From Tubiluchus corallicola (taxonomy: Eukaryota > Animalia > Priapulida): 64,000 bases of DNA. The translations under genes were made by a program, and so were the position numbers. The notes below the pieces were generated by a model. That model was not told the origin of the DNA. It saw nothing but the letters and a program-made list of their open reading frames with translations, and ran no database searches. The stretch's first letter is position 1. Each line of letters starts with the position of its first letter. Positions 62,421 to 64,000 of this stretch are shown here, one piece after another. The stretch is from positions 62,001 through 126,000 of the forward strand of contig JAQGDQ010000239.1 of the NCBI GenBank assembly GCA_030141605.1. The letters run 5' to 3'.

Positions 62421-64000
62421 AGTTTGAAATCCACCACTAAAAATAGCTCTGATTTTCATTAACTAATTGCTAACATTCTGTAAAATATATGGTAGAACAT
62501 ATGGTAAATCATGGTAAAAGAACATATCATAAAAAACTGAGATTCAGGTTACATTAAAGCTAAAAGATGGGAAGTCTGCCTTTTATTGATAATATCATTT
62601 TATTATAACAATAAAACGTGTTTTTTATTATAACTTAAAGTAATAAAAGTTAAAGGACAAGAAAACGGTCACCTGAAGTAGGTTTCAGAAAAATTGCCTT
62701 AAAAATTATGCTACCTTGCAGCAATTTTATGCACATATCGTATTCATGTTGAAAGGAATTTTCGTTTGTTTTCATTTTTAATAACCCGCAATAGTGTTCC
62801 GCCAGTGCCATTACATGACGTCACTACGCCATGTAAATCAGGAGAAGAAAAGGCAATTATCTTAAATTATGACCCAAAAAACATTTTGTTTTAGTGACAA
62901 TACCTTTTTTACTTAATAACACATGTTTCATTTTAATGACAATTTTTTTTTACTTTGCTCAAAACCATTTTTTATTTTATCAACAATTTACCTAATTTAA
63001 TGCATTAAAGCACCACATATCTGTCCAAAATTTGCATTAGCATTGTAAAACAGTGCTATTACTATAATGTTTTTGTAATGGCATCACGTTTACTAAATCT
63101 GCTAAATAATTACACAGCCTTACTAAATGAAACAATTCCATTTACATGCTATACATGTAATTATCATTGTCTTATGTGTGAGAGTGTGACTTATCATCTG
63201 TTGTTTGCCTGTTACTATTTAGAATGACTAAGTGCTGATAATTATTTTTATCTAGGATTTAGCTTGAAATTCACCTCCTAGGCATTTTAATTATTTACTG
63301 CTGTTAGGCGATTAGCCAACCTAAACTATTTTTTTATTCTTTTGATATTACGTTCATGTCTAACATTTGTATTACCTAACACATCAATTTTTCTTTGCTT
63401 AAACACAGGTGCTTGTAGCTTTATTTTAAACATTGTAGTCTATATTCATTCATTTTGTAGCCATTGGTTACTAAGCCCATATTATAAATTCTAATTGTTT
63501 ATTGCTACTGAAGATGGCTGTAAAGGAATTGTAATATAAAATTCTCCCAAATTTATCTGCTGCCATACAGTAACAGTACGAAAGTCAGATAGAGAACCGG
63601 CTGCTTTGGCATGTAACTTATGAAGGGGCCAGTGGTTATTAATTATACTGTGACAGCCTACCAGTAGTAAAGAGCAGCAGTTTGATGTGTGAAGGCTTGC
63701 CAGGCTGCTTATCATTAAATTGCACTAATAAATCATATCACTGATCTCTGATATCAGCAAAACTGAAGAAACTCCAAATGTTCAAATGGTATAAGTTTAT
63801 TTCTTCTCGTAGTTTAACCATCAATTCGAGGACTAAAAAACAAATGCTCATGCTGATAGCATGGGCAATCAAGTAGTGATGTACTAACTACTAGCAGACG
63901 TAAATAAAATTTAAAAAAATAATTTATGAATATAGTGGTAGATTATCAATGTAAATGCTCTTGTTAAGAAAAGCAAATGTTTCAACTACTGCTAGTCTGG

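Overview
AT-rich, intron-rich genomic DNA from an animal, most likely an invertebrate bilaterian (taxon cannot be determined from the sequence). I reconstructed three complete spliced protein-coding genes by hand, with GT-AG boundaries and consistent reading phase. (1) EXTL3/botv heparan-sulfate glycosyltransferase: + strand, 7 coding exons, 6940-15568, about 922 aa. (2) A three-repeat (R1R2R3) Myb with a C-terminal MuvB-binding domain: + strand, 17 coding exons, 18901-34078, about 740 aa. (3) DDX54/DBP10 DEAD-box helicase: - strand, 18 coding exons, 57310-38953, about 865 aa. Introns and intergenic DNA hold many non-autonomous DNA transposons (pogo/Tigger-, hAT- and Kolobok-like MITEs, one nested), two CR1/L2-type LINE RT fragments, tRNA-derived SINE relics and two local tandem duplications. 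The most notable signals are a probable U12 (minor-spliceosome) intron in DDX54 and a compact Myb promoter with CTCF-like and E2F/CDE-CHR-like motifs followed by a perfect-Kozak uORF that stops 1 nt before the Myb ATG. Also notable are a DSGIGS phosphodegron next to a KEN box split by an exon junction in Myb, a uAUG-packed EXTL3 leader, and an 83-bp duplication that copies a DDX54 splice donor. I found no prokaryotic features, CRISPR arrays, rRNA or intact tRNA genes, and no firm evidence of a wholly new system; the findings are testable regulatory hypotheses.
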